DNA of 64,000 bases, from NCBI GenBank assembly GCA_011364905.1, contig RDNZ01000003.1:66255-130254 (forward strand), in the 5' to 3' direction. Every line of letters begins with the position of its first letter. Positions within the stretch are counted from its first letter, which is position 1. Under the pieces are notes generated by a model. The model searched no databases. It was given only the letters and a program-made list of their open reading frames with translations, and was not told the origin of the DNA. Below, in pieces: positions 1-7,768 of this stretch. This DNA is from Candidatus Thorarchaeota archaeon (GTDB lineage: Archaea > Asgardarchaeota > Thorarchaeia > Thorarchaeales > Thorarchaeaceae). Made by a program: the position numbers and the translations under genes.

Positions 1-270
1 CATGCTGGTCAACCGCCTGATATCGTTTTAATGGATATGAGGATGCCTGCAATGGATGGATTGGAGTGCACCCGGAAACTATCAGAGATGGGAATAAAGA
101 ACATTCATCTCTTGACCGCCTACTTTGACTCCGACACAGCAAAGGAAGCGGCCGAGGTTGGTGCAAAGGGAGTTATGAAAAAGAGCGAAGGTTTCAGGAC
201 AGTTGCGCGAAAGGTTGCTGATATGATAAGGGGCACGAAAGAACCAACACCCTCGACTGGTGCCTATTAA
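1..270 (+). CDS. Response regulator receiver (CheY-like REC) domain protein, 5' end cut by window edge
   Basis: Frame 1 is open from base 1 (HAGQPPDIVLMDMRMPAMDGLEC...). Phospho-acceptor context DIVLMDxxMPxMDG, LLTAY and GAKGVMKK blocks are typical of REC domains. Stop at 268-270. Confidence 0.75.
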   Translation, partial: HAGQPPDIVLMDMRMPAMDGLECTRKLSEMGIKNIHLLTAYFDSDTAKEAAEVGAKGVMKKSEGFRTVARKVADMIRGTKEPTPSTGAY

Positions 271-342
271 ATCCGCAAAACCCTTTTTTGTGCTAAAGAG
301 TGAATCAGAACCTAGTCTTGCGACTGGAGATGGAATGGTATT

Positions 343-1851
343 ATGCGTCACTCCCGCTCACGCCTGTTACTTGTAGGTTTGTTTGCAGTGGTTTTTGTAA
401 TGATGTTTGGCCATATCACAACTACTGATGCGCAATCTTATCCTGATGATTTCATAAATGATGGTACACTTTTTGTCTACATTTCCTTAGATGGGATGAA
501 CATAAAGGACTACAATCTTAGTAATTCCTTGCCAATAAATATGGATGCATCTATGGACCTTTTCCTACAAATCAACGCAACAGGAACGCAGCTACTCAAT
601 GTAAGCGGATCCATAACATTCTGGTATCAAGGGATTGCATTATTCCCAATCCAGATTGTCGACAGTTACGGTAATAGTTGGTTTCCGATAGATCCCTCAT
701 TACCCATTCCTCCTGTCACTGCACCAATGGATTTTGCAGGCATGATGTCTAATGGGCCAATTAGTTTGGCTACCGGAGTATTCGAGGCTACTGTAGACTT
801 TCGGTACAAAGTTGATGGGAACTCGACAATAAATATACTTCAACATAGATTCTCATTCTTGATTCCAGCGACACCCACCAGTATCTTCACGTCAATTACT
901 GGTATCACTGCATCAATTGCAACGGTAGGTGCAATATATGGCGTTGCAACGGGTTTCAACGGTCTTTGGGAAGGTCTCAAAACCGCATACAAGCTGAGAA
1001 GCATCCACAAGAAAGCATCGGAACTACGGTCTCTGCCCAACTTAACAGTTCTTGGAGCACTGCCGCTGTTATTCTCGATAGTCGACAGTATGAAAAAACG
1101 TAAGAAAGAAGGAAGAGAAGACTCTGGTGTCAGCGAGTACATTGTTCGACAGAGATTGCGAGACGCAGCTCCAGATGCTTGGTTGATGGACAGGTGCCCG
1201 AATTGCAATCGCAAATGGAACAAAAAGCTGAACATGTGCAAGAAATGCAACTTCACAGAGGAGGATGCCAGACGCGCTTATGCAGACCTTCTTTCTGAAA
1301 AGGTTCCAGCTGCTATTCGATGGGTAGGCAAGAAAAAATCCACAGATGTCAAAACCCTGGCGAAGAAAACTAAATCGAATCAATACAATGCTGGAGTAGT
1401 TGCAGCTGCAATGGTCGATACTGATGTGACTGAGATCACAAAGGTTGGTACTCCACTTCGTTCATTTGTCATGAATATGGCAGGATTAGGCTTTCTTGTA
1501 GTGACATGGCAGCAGCTGTTAGGGGACAATACTAGCGCTTGGCAGACTACCATCACAATGGTAGGAGCTGCATTGTCCCTTGCGGTTATTATTGCACTCT
1601 ACGTTAGCCGGAAGTCTCAGATTGCAAAATTTGTTGCCGATCAGGAAGAAGGCAAACCGCTTCTTCCAACAATGGATAAATCCGCTTCTGAAGCGGAAAC
1701 AGGAAAAGCGGATTCAATGCATGCTACTCAAACAGAAACTATACCCGAAACTGTAGATGAATCATCTGAGAGTACAGACGATACTGAATCTTATCGCGAA
1801 GATGATGCAGAATCAGCCGAGTCTTCCATGGACTCAGATGACTTTGAGTAG
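343..1851 (+). CDS. Hypothetical surface/membrane protein with internal zinc-ribbon motif and acidic C-terminal tail
   Basis: 502-aa ORF. Has an N-terminal hydrophobic signal/anchor (LLLVGLFAVVFVMMF), several N-x-S/T sequons in the following domain, internal TM segments, CPNC...CKKC motif and an Asp/Glu/Ser-rich tail. No family recognised. Confidence 0.6.
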   Translation: MRHSRSRLLLVGLFAVVFVMMFGHITTTDAQSYPDDFINDGTLFVYISLDGMNIKDYNLSNSLPINMDASMDLFLQINATGTQLLNVSGSITFWYQGIALFPIQIVDSYGNSWFPIDPSLPIPPVTAPMDFAGMMSNGPISLATGVFEATVDFRYKVDGNSTINILQHRFSFLIPATPTSIFTSITGITASIATVGAIYGVATGFNGLWEGLKTAYKLRSIHKKASELRSLPNLTVLGALPLLFSIVDSMKKRKKEGREDSGVSEYIVRQRLRDAAPDAWLMDRCPNCNRKWNKKLNMCKKCNFTEEDARRAYADLLSEKVPAAIRWVGKKKSTDVKTLAKKTKSNQYNAGVVAAAMVDTDVTEITKVGTPLRSFVMNMAGLGFLVVTWQQLLGDNTSAWQTTITMVGAALSLAVIIALYVSRKSQIAKFVADQEEGKPLLPTMDKSASEAETGKADSMHATQTETIPETVDESSESTDDTESYREDDAESAESSMDSDDFE

Positions 1852-1929
1852 AAAACTCGCATATCCAATGAGTCGACCGATATCCTAAAGTTTCACGCTT
1901 GCTGCTGTGAAAACAGGTATTCTCGGGGA

Positions 1930-3300
1930 TTGAGCAGAATGGTTGAACATATTGCTATAGTAGGTTGTGGAGCGGCAGGTGCGACAGCTGCTTTACAAGC
2001 ACGCAAATTCAATAGAACAGTTGAAATTACAATCTTCAACTCTGAACCTTACTCTCAGTACTCTAGATGCGGTCTTCCATACACAATCTCTGGAAAAGTT
2101 GGAAAATTCGAAGATCTTGTGTTGATGCCGCCTGACAATTGGGCTGCTCTGAAAATAGACGCTCATTTAGGTGTCACAGTAACTGACATTGATCATAAGT
2201 CAAAGAAGATTATCTATACGGGAGAGAGTGAAGGAGAAGTTCTAAGTTATGATGCTTTGATATTTGCCACAGGAGCTGTAAATGCCGCTCCTCCAATCAA
2301 AGGACTAGACAAGAGGCGAATCTATGGGCTTCGTACACTTGATGATGCCAAGGCGCTATCTGCTGAAGTCGGGAAGGCAAAAACAGTAGTGGTAATAGGG
2401 GGTGGCCTCGTCGGGATGGAAGCCGCGGAAGCCTTTCACGAACGAGGTCTTGATGTCACTGTAGTTGAGTTTCTGCCCCATATTCTTCTTGCAATGGTTG
2501 ATTCAGATATGGCTGCAATTGTGGAGGAACACTGCGAAAAGCATGGCTTGAAAATTCTCACTAATACTGCTGCACAGGAGGTCAAGGGAGATGATTCGCC
2601 TGATTCTGTGGTCGTTCAAAACCGTGATACACAAGATGTCATTGAGATAGCAGCAGATTTCGTTGTTGTTGCAACTGGTGTACGCCCAGTCACAGATTTA
2701 GCCTCAAAAATCGGGGTTGAAATTGGACCTACTAAAGGGATTAAGACTGATGAAAGGATGATGACGAACCTGAACCAAGTTTATGCATGCGGAGATTGCT
2801 CAGAAAACTTGGAGTTCACCACACGTAAACCAATGGCAGGTGGACTTGGTACACTTGCAGTCAGACAGGCACGAGTTGCAGGAATTAACGCTGCTGGAGG
2901 AAGTGTGACTTTTCCGGGTATCGTGAGTGCTAAAGTCACGAAGCTATTCGGTCTCGAGATTGCGTCTACAGGGTTCACAGAGGACATGGCAAAACGGTTT
3001 GAGGTTCCAATTGTGAAAGGTTCTGTTAAAGGCGGGACCAAACCACCTTACTACATTGGCGGAAAGGAACTCAAGTTGAAAACATTCTACAGCAAAGACA
3101 ATGGCAAGCTTGTTGGAGGTCAACTTGTGGGAGAGGAGGATGCGGCGATGAGACTCAATGTCCTGACATTGGGAATACAGCAAAACATCAATGCGAATGA
3201 CCTCTTTGACTTCGAGAACTGCTATGCTCCTGCCATATGCGATACCTGGGATCCGTTAGTGACATCTGCGGATGCTGCTCGAAAAAGGCTCAAGATGTAA
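1930..3300 (+). CDS. Pyridine nucleotide-disulfide oxidoreductase, NADH oxidase / CoA-disulfide reductase family
   Basis: N-terminal FAD fold IAIVGCGAAGATAA, single redox Cys in YSRCGLPY, second dinucleotide fold VVVIGGGLVGMEAA, C-terminal dimerisation region. ATG at 1939 (MVEHIAIVG) is the more likely start. Confidence 0.85.
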   Translation: MSRMVEHIAIVGCGAAGATAALQARKFNRTVEITIFNSEPYSQYSRCGLPYTISGKVGKFEDLVLMPPDNWAALKIDAHLGVTVTDIDHKSKKIIYTGESEGEVLSYDALIFATGAVNAAPPIKGLDKRRIYGLRTLDDAKALSAEVGKAKTVVVIGGGLVGMEAAEAFHERGLDVTVVEFLPHILLAMVDSDMAAIVEEHCEKHGLKILTNTAAQEVKGDDSPDSVVVQNRDTQDVIEIAADFVVVATGVRPVTDLASKIGVEIGPTKGIKTDERMMTNLNQVYACGDCSENLEFTTRKPMAGGLGTLAVRQARVAGINAAGGSVTFPGIVSAKVTKLFGLEIASTGFTEDMAKRFEVPIVKGSVKGGTKPPYYIGGKELKLKTFYSKDNGKLVGGQLVGEEDAAMRLNVLTLGIQQNINANDLFDFENCYAPAICDTWDPLVTSADAARKRLKM

Positions 3301-3301
3301 C

Positions 3302-3760
3302 TTACTTGGGTACAATCGTGGCTACATTATTCAAGGCATATTGAAATGAACTCAATTGAATGGGTGAGCTGGCAACCAGTATTATGTGACTTATACAGCT
3401 ATCCGACTTTGAGTGATTGATAATCGCTCTAATAATCTCCTCAGCGACTTCCCAACTAGGTATCCTAGAGACCTCAAAACCCATCGTGAAGAAACCCACC
3501 CTTTTTGCATCGCATCCATCTGCGGTTTGCAGTGCAGATATAGCCGCAGAATAGATCGAAGACCGCCGATCTGGACTGGATATGGATAAACCGGGCCAGT
3601 AGAGAACCTCTTTAGCATTACTTCCCTCTCTTACGGTAAATTGTGCATCTTTGTTCCCTAATGCTATGTCCTTGGTCTTCACAACAATGTCAATCTCTGA
3701 ATCGTCAATATCACCCAAAGTGACATCGATACTGAGGGTTCCTAGACTCCAGTTCTTCAA
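3302..3760 (-). CDS. Macro-domain-like protein, degenerate (ligand/catalytic motifs not conserved)
   Basis: 152-aa ORF overlapping the upstream macro gene by 4 nt. LGDIDDSEIDIVV and RVGFFTMGFEVSRIPSWEVAEEII parallel the GDIT..DAIxNAAN and AFPAIGxGxxG blocks of macro domains but lack NAAN and the Gly-rich loop. Confidence 0.45.
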   Translation of the reverse strand: MKNWSLGTLSIDVTLGDIDDSEIDIVVKTKDIALGNKDAQFTVREGSNAKEVLYWPGLSISSPDRRSSIYSAAISALQTADGCDAKRVGFFTMGFEVSRIPSWEVAEEIIRAIINHSKSDSCISHIILVASSPIQLSSFQYALNNVATIVPK

Positions 3761-4293
3761 GACTCCGATTCCTCATTTTCATTAATTGCGTCACTGAAAC
3801 AGTCACTCACATACTTGTTTAAGCCAACGAGTATTATTTGCTCAACAGGACCCGGGTTTCGAGCGAAATGAGAAATGCCTTCCACAATTGCTTTTGCGGA
3901 CTGCTCTACTGAGAGACCACCAACACCAGCTCCTATTGCTGGAAATGCGAGTGATCTAAGATTGTGAACTGACGCAATGCTGAGAGCTGCTTGAACGGAG
4001 GACATGACATTCTTAAACGTAGCCTTTCCTCCTGGTGGCATTCCAGCGCAATGAATGACATGTTTTGAAGGAAGCAATCCTGCAGTCGTCAAAACTGCTT
4101 CTCCAGGTCTGATTGGACCCTTAGAAAGTGCTTCATCCTCAATCGCTTTCCCACCCTTCGACTTTATCGCTCCTGCAACACCTGAGCCCATCCACAAATC
4201 CGAATTTGCCGCATTTGCTATAGCATCCACAGAGAGATTAGTGATATCACCAATGTAGGTCTTGATCAACACAGAACCTACTCTCTTCTCCAA
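3757..4293 (-). CDS. Macro domain protein (ADP-ribose / O-acetyl-ADP-ribose binding or hydrolase type)
   Basis: Canonical motifs IGDITNLSVDAIANAANSDLWMGSGVAGAI, VIHCAG and LAFPAIGAGVGGL. Confidence 0.85.
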   Translation of the reverse strand: MEKRVGSVLIKTYIGDITNLSVDAIANAANSDLWMGSGVAGAIKSKGGKAIEDEALSKGPIRPGEAVLTTAGLLPSKHVIHCAGMPPGGKATFKNVMSSVQAALSIASVHNLRSLAFPAIGAGVGGLSVEQSAKAIVEGISHFARNPGPVEQIILVGLNKYVSDCFSDAINENEESES

Positions 4294-4366
4294 TTCACCA
4301 CATCCTCATTTAGAGCGTAGACACATATGGAAAACCATCGTAAAAGGTTGTCGTCCCGCAATCTTT

Positions 4367-4981
4367 ATGCATTCTACATCTTTCTTTGATTTGGCGAGTT
4401 TACTGAACGACATCAATGAAACTGAAGTGGCCAGTCTGAAAGAGAAATATGGCGAACCGGTCAACTACGAATTTAAAGCAGACTTTCTTGATTTCGAATG
4501 CAAGTTGGTAGAGCGTACAGAATCCAAAGGCCGTCTACATGATATCACTTGTTTTATTCGTCAAGACGACGGGAGATTTGTTGTAATTCAAAAGCCGCAA
4601 TATGCTCACACTGGTATCTATCGAGCACCATCCGGAGGCGCTCATAGAGGAGAGTCATTGGAGAAGGCAGCAATTCGTGAGATGCATGAAGAAACTGGAT
4701 TGACCATTAGACTTACTCACTTCGTCCTTGACTTGCATCTTGCTGTTGTCTGCAAACACAGAACAATACCGTGGCGGTCGCTTGTATTCCTTGCAGAGCC
4801 CTTGGATGGTGTGATGAAGCAGATAGACACCAGGGAGATCTATGATGTCACGGTTATGACACGGGAACAACTGGTAGGCCAAGTCGCTAACCTAATGGAG
4901 AATTCAGGATGGGGCGGTTTCAAGTATCGTGCGTTTCTAACTCGTACGTTTTTCAATCGAATTGACGAGCTGGGTATTTGA
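4367..4981 (+). CDS. Nudix hydrolase
   Basis: Perfect Nudix box GGAHRGESLEKAAIREMHEETGL (Gx5Ex7REUxEExGU). Start moved to ATG 4367 because the longer ORF from 4262 would overlap the divergent macro gene. Confidence 0.85.
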   Translation: MHSTSFFDLASLLNDINETEVASLKEKYGEPVNYEFKADFLDFECKLVERTESKGRLHDITCFIRQDDGRFVVIQKPQYAHTGIYRAPSGGAHRGESLEKAAIREMHEETGLTIRLTHFVLDLHLAVVCKHRTIPWRSLVFLAEPLDGVMKQIDTREIYDVTVMTREQLVGQVANLMENSGWGGFKYRAFLTRTFFNRIDELGI

Positions 4982-5212
4982 CTCTGTGTTACTCGATTCC
5001 ATATTGTCCATTGTTTAGGTTATTATAGAGCAGAGACACCTGAAAGTTTGAGTTTCTCATAGAAATCAACTAGTTCAAGAATTCGAATCCTTACCCCCAA
5101 AAATCCTGACGGTACCTCTGCTCGTAACTATTATTTCATTTAATCAGAAAGGGTATTATCTCACAAGATTTAGCCCATCTCATTGTACAGCAGTTTCTTA
5201 GTGATTCCGCTC

Positions 5213-5815
5213 CTATCTTTTGGAAAGCTTGCTAACCAGTTCTTCGCAGAATTCCTCGAGTATCAATCCCACCCTGTCTATCGTATCTTCTGTTCCATAA
5301 AGTGAGGTCAGAAGGTTCAGCAAAGCGAGATTATGTAGCATCGAAACAGAAAAGTCATTCGTAGAGAAGAAATTCGAGATTCGCGCATCAACTATTTCTT
5401 TTGCATCATCAGTGCCCAATCTGTCTATCGCGTCACGCCTAATGTTATACATGCACTCCTCAAACTCTCTGGTTTGAAGAGCTGATCTGATTGGCCCAAT
5501 CAGGAAATTTGCAGTCAATTCATCTGTAAGATTGTGGCTTCCTATCTCACTTACCTTTTCGTTAAACTCTACAAGGACTGCTTCCACGTCAAACGGAACG
5601 TTCTCTGACACTGCATTCAGAAAAGCCCGATACTCCTTCCGTCGAATTAGATGAAGGTGTCGTTTGAATTCCTCTTCGAAAGATAGAACGACTGGACCAA
5701 TCCCTTTTATCGACAAGCGATGTCTGCGATCTCTAGAGTATAGAACATCTTCTTCCTCTGAGTAGAACTGCAAATGAACCAAATACTTCGCCATCAGTTC
5801 TAACTCATCTAGCAT
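5213..5815 (-). CDS. Hypothetical protein (helical, no family recognised)
   Basis: 200-aa ORF with ATG start and no competing ORF. Confidence 0.5.
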   Translation of the reverse strand: MLDELELMAKYLVHLQFYSEEEDVLYSRDRRHRLSIKGIGPVVLSFEEEFKRHLHLIRRKEYRAFLNAVSENVPFDVEAVLVEFNEKVSEIGSHNLTDELTANFLIGPIRSALQTREFEECMYNIRRDAIDRLGTDDAKEIVDARISNFFSTNDFSVSMLHNLALLNLLTSLYGTEDTIDRVGLILEEFCEELVSKLSKR

Positions 5816-5993
5816 TACTCAATAACCAAACCATAGTACACAATTCTGCATATATTCCTACTTTGGAGGTTATGAGCTATTCGTTACAATGATAGTGACA
5901 CATCATATTTGATATCGTTCTGCTAGGCAATAGTCCAGCTTCAAACCTTCATTATATTCTAGGTTTTCTTGTGATTTGTGTTTCAAACTGCTT

Positions 5994-6039
5994 GAGAAAA
6001 AGAGAGGGAAGTCTAGCTGCAGACCTGCTTCAGCTAGAC
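5994..6039 (-). terminator. Hairpin plus T-rich tract downstream of the carbamoyltransferase gene
   Basis: Perfect 9-bp stem GTCTAGCTG (6011-6019) / CAGCTAGAC (6031-6039). On the minus strand it is followed by TTCCCTCTCTTTTTCTC, 10 nt after the stop at 6049. Confidence 0.55.
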
Positions 6040-6048
6040 ATGAACATT

Positions 6049-7095
6049 TTATCGCATTGTCAATGCCATGACAGCTTTCTGCGCATGAAGTCGGTTTTCA
6101 GCTTGGTCAAAGGCAATTGATTGAGGTCCATCAATGACTGAGTTGGTCACCTCAAACCCTCGATCGCAGGGTAGGCAGTGCATATACGCCGCTTTGGGTC
6201 CTGCAATTTTCATCATATCATCGTTGCAGATCCAATGCTTGTTCTTGTCGAACACTGCCTGTGACTTTTCCAGTTCCGGTTTGTCATTGAATGGTGGAAT
6301 GAATTCCTTACAGGTCCAGGCTTTAGGATATACAACCTGAGCTCCCTCAAAAGCCTCCTCCATGTCGTTGACAATCTCGAAGCTTGATTCATTCTCTTCA
6401 GAGAACTCCTTGCACTTGTCAAGGATTTTATCGTCAAGCTCCATTCCCTTCGGATGTGCAAGCACCGTATCGCACCCCATCTTTGTTGCAGCGATGATTG
6501 CGCTTTGAGGGACCGCAAGTGGTTTGTGTACAGAAGGTGAATACGCCCAGCTCATAACGAACTTGACACCTTTGAAGGTGCCAAACTTCTCCTTCACAGT
6601 CATAATATCTGCCAATGCTTGGCATGGATGATAGACATCGTCCTCCATATTGATAACTGGGATATGGCTCCAGTGTGCGAAGTTGTTGATGATTTTGTTT
6701 GCTCGGCCATAGATCCACCCAACAGGATCTCCATAGCAGCGAATGGCAATGCCATGACCCATTCTTGCAAGAACACGTGCTACATCTGAAACGCGTTCAG
6801 TAGAATAAGCCTTCTCGTCACCTTCAAGAGCAGGAGCGTAAATCTTGCTAGGGTCCAGAAAATGTGCGTGACCGCCAAGTTGTGTCATTCCTGCCTCGAA
6901 TGAGTTGCGAGTCCGTAGGCTTTGATTGTAAAAGATCATGAATAATGTCTTTGCATCAAGAAGTTTGTGAGGCTCACCCGTCGCGAACTTCCGCTTCAAA
7001 TCAAGTGCAACTTCAAGGAGTGTTTCAATCTCCTCCTTTGTGTAATCGAGCAGAGTTATGAAATCCCTGCCGCGAAAAGTTTCCGTCTTAACCAT
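6049..7095 (-). CDS. Carbamoyltransferase, YgeW / N-acyl-ornithine transcarbamylase-like subfamily
   Basis: SLRTR carbamoyl-phosphate motif, HPCQALAD, HCLP. The WAYSPSVHKPLAVPQS block resembles YgeW-type transcarbamylases as I recall them. C-terminal ENRLHAQKAVMALTM. Confidence 0.8.
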   Translation of the reverse strand: MVKTETFRGRDFITLLDYTKEEIETLLEVALDLKRKFATGEPHKLLDAKTLFMIFYNQSLRTRNSFEAGMTQLGGHAHFLDPSKIYAPALEGDEKAYSTERVSDVARVLARMGHGIAIRCYGDPVGWIYGRANKIINNFAHWSHIPVINMEDDVYHPCQALADIMTVKEKFGTFKGVKFVMSWAYSPSVHKPLAVPQSAIIAATKMGCDTVLAHPKGMELDDKILDKCKEFSEENESSFEIVNDMEEAFEGAQVVYPKAWTCKEFIPPFNDKPELEKSQAVFDKNKHWICNDDMMKIAGPKAAYMHCLPCDRGFEVTNSVIDGPQSIAFDQAENRLHAQKAVMALTMR

Positions 7096-7243
7096 AATTG
7101 GTCACAACCTCTTTAGTCGCACAGTATCTTACAGAAAAAGTTTGTCACTCGGATGTCAATGTAAGTCTAGGGTTTCAATGAAAAACAGCCTCCTTTATCA
7201 TTCTCTACATGTTCTTTTAAAGTACGTAATCATTCAAATTCTA

Positions 7244-7696
7244 ATGGTGGTTGTATTGGAAAGTGTAGCAGCAGAGATTGAAGAGATAATTGACAGAGAA
7301 AGGCGCGCGTGGGATACGAAAAACGTCGCTTTGCTACTCACAGTCTTTCATCATGACATGGTCTGGCCCTGGCCTCCTGGTCCTAAAACGCACGACCCGA
7401 TGAAGTGGGTATTTCCTTGGGGCCGATATAACGCAGAACGCTGGGGACATCTCTGGCAGGATCTTTTTGACACCCACGAACTGGTGCATAATGTAAGAAC
7501 CACCCAACGAATTGAGATATCCAAGGAAAGAGATGGTGCTTTTGCAGTTGTTGACATCGACACATTATGGCGGGATGATTCAGGAAACGAAGACCACTGG
7601 ATTGGTCGAACATGTAAATTCTATTCAAAAGTTGGAAGTGAATGGAAGATGACAGCTCAGATTGGCGTTCTCGATTATGATGACGTGACGATTTAG
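7244..7696 (+). CDS. SnoaL/NTF2-like (DUF4440-like) protein
   Basis: EIEEIIDRERRAWDTKNVALLLTVFHHDMVW matches the usual N-terminal pattern of SnoaL-like domains. Start set at ATG 7244 because the 7058 start overlaps the convergent upstream gene. Confidence 0.5.
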   Translation: MVVVLESVAAEIEEIIDRERRAWDTKNVALLLTVFHHDMVWPWPPGPKTHDPMKWVFPWGRYNAERWGHLWQDLFDTHELVHNVRTTQRIEISKERDGAFAVVDIDTLWRDDSGNEDHWIGRTCKFYSKVGSEWKMTAQIGVLDYDDVTI

Positions 7697-7768
7697 ATGA
7701 TTACGAAACTTCTCTCCCAATGCTTAAAGGGCACGACGTTCATAGCATTTGAATCCATTTATTGAGAG

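Noticed and set aside
5070-5110. TTCGAATCC, a tRNA T-loop-like string (possible tRNA fragment or att site)
   Set aside because: The flanking bases do not form a T-stem or acceptor stem and no cloverleaf can be drawn. The string is part of an imperfect 16-bp palindrome (AAGAATTCGAATCCTT), and no integrase or repeat partner is nearby.
7058-7243. N-terminal extensions of several ORF-track entries (7058, 4262, 22137, 31792, 18449, 37309, 27924)
   Set aside because: The extended 5' parts overlap neighbouring genes or lack protein-like composition. Internal ATG codons that give family-typical N-termini were preferred.
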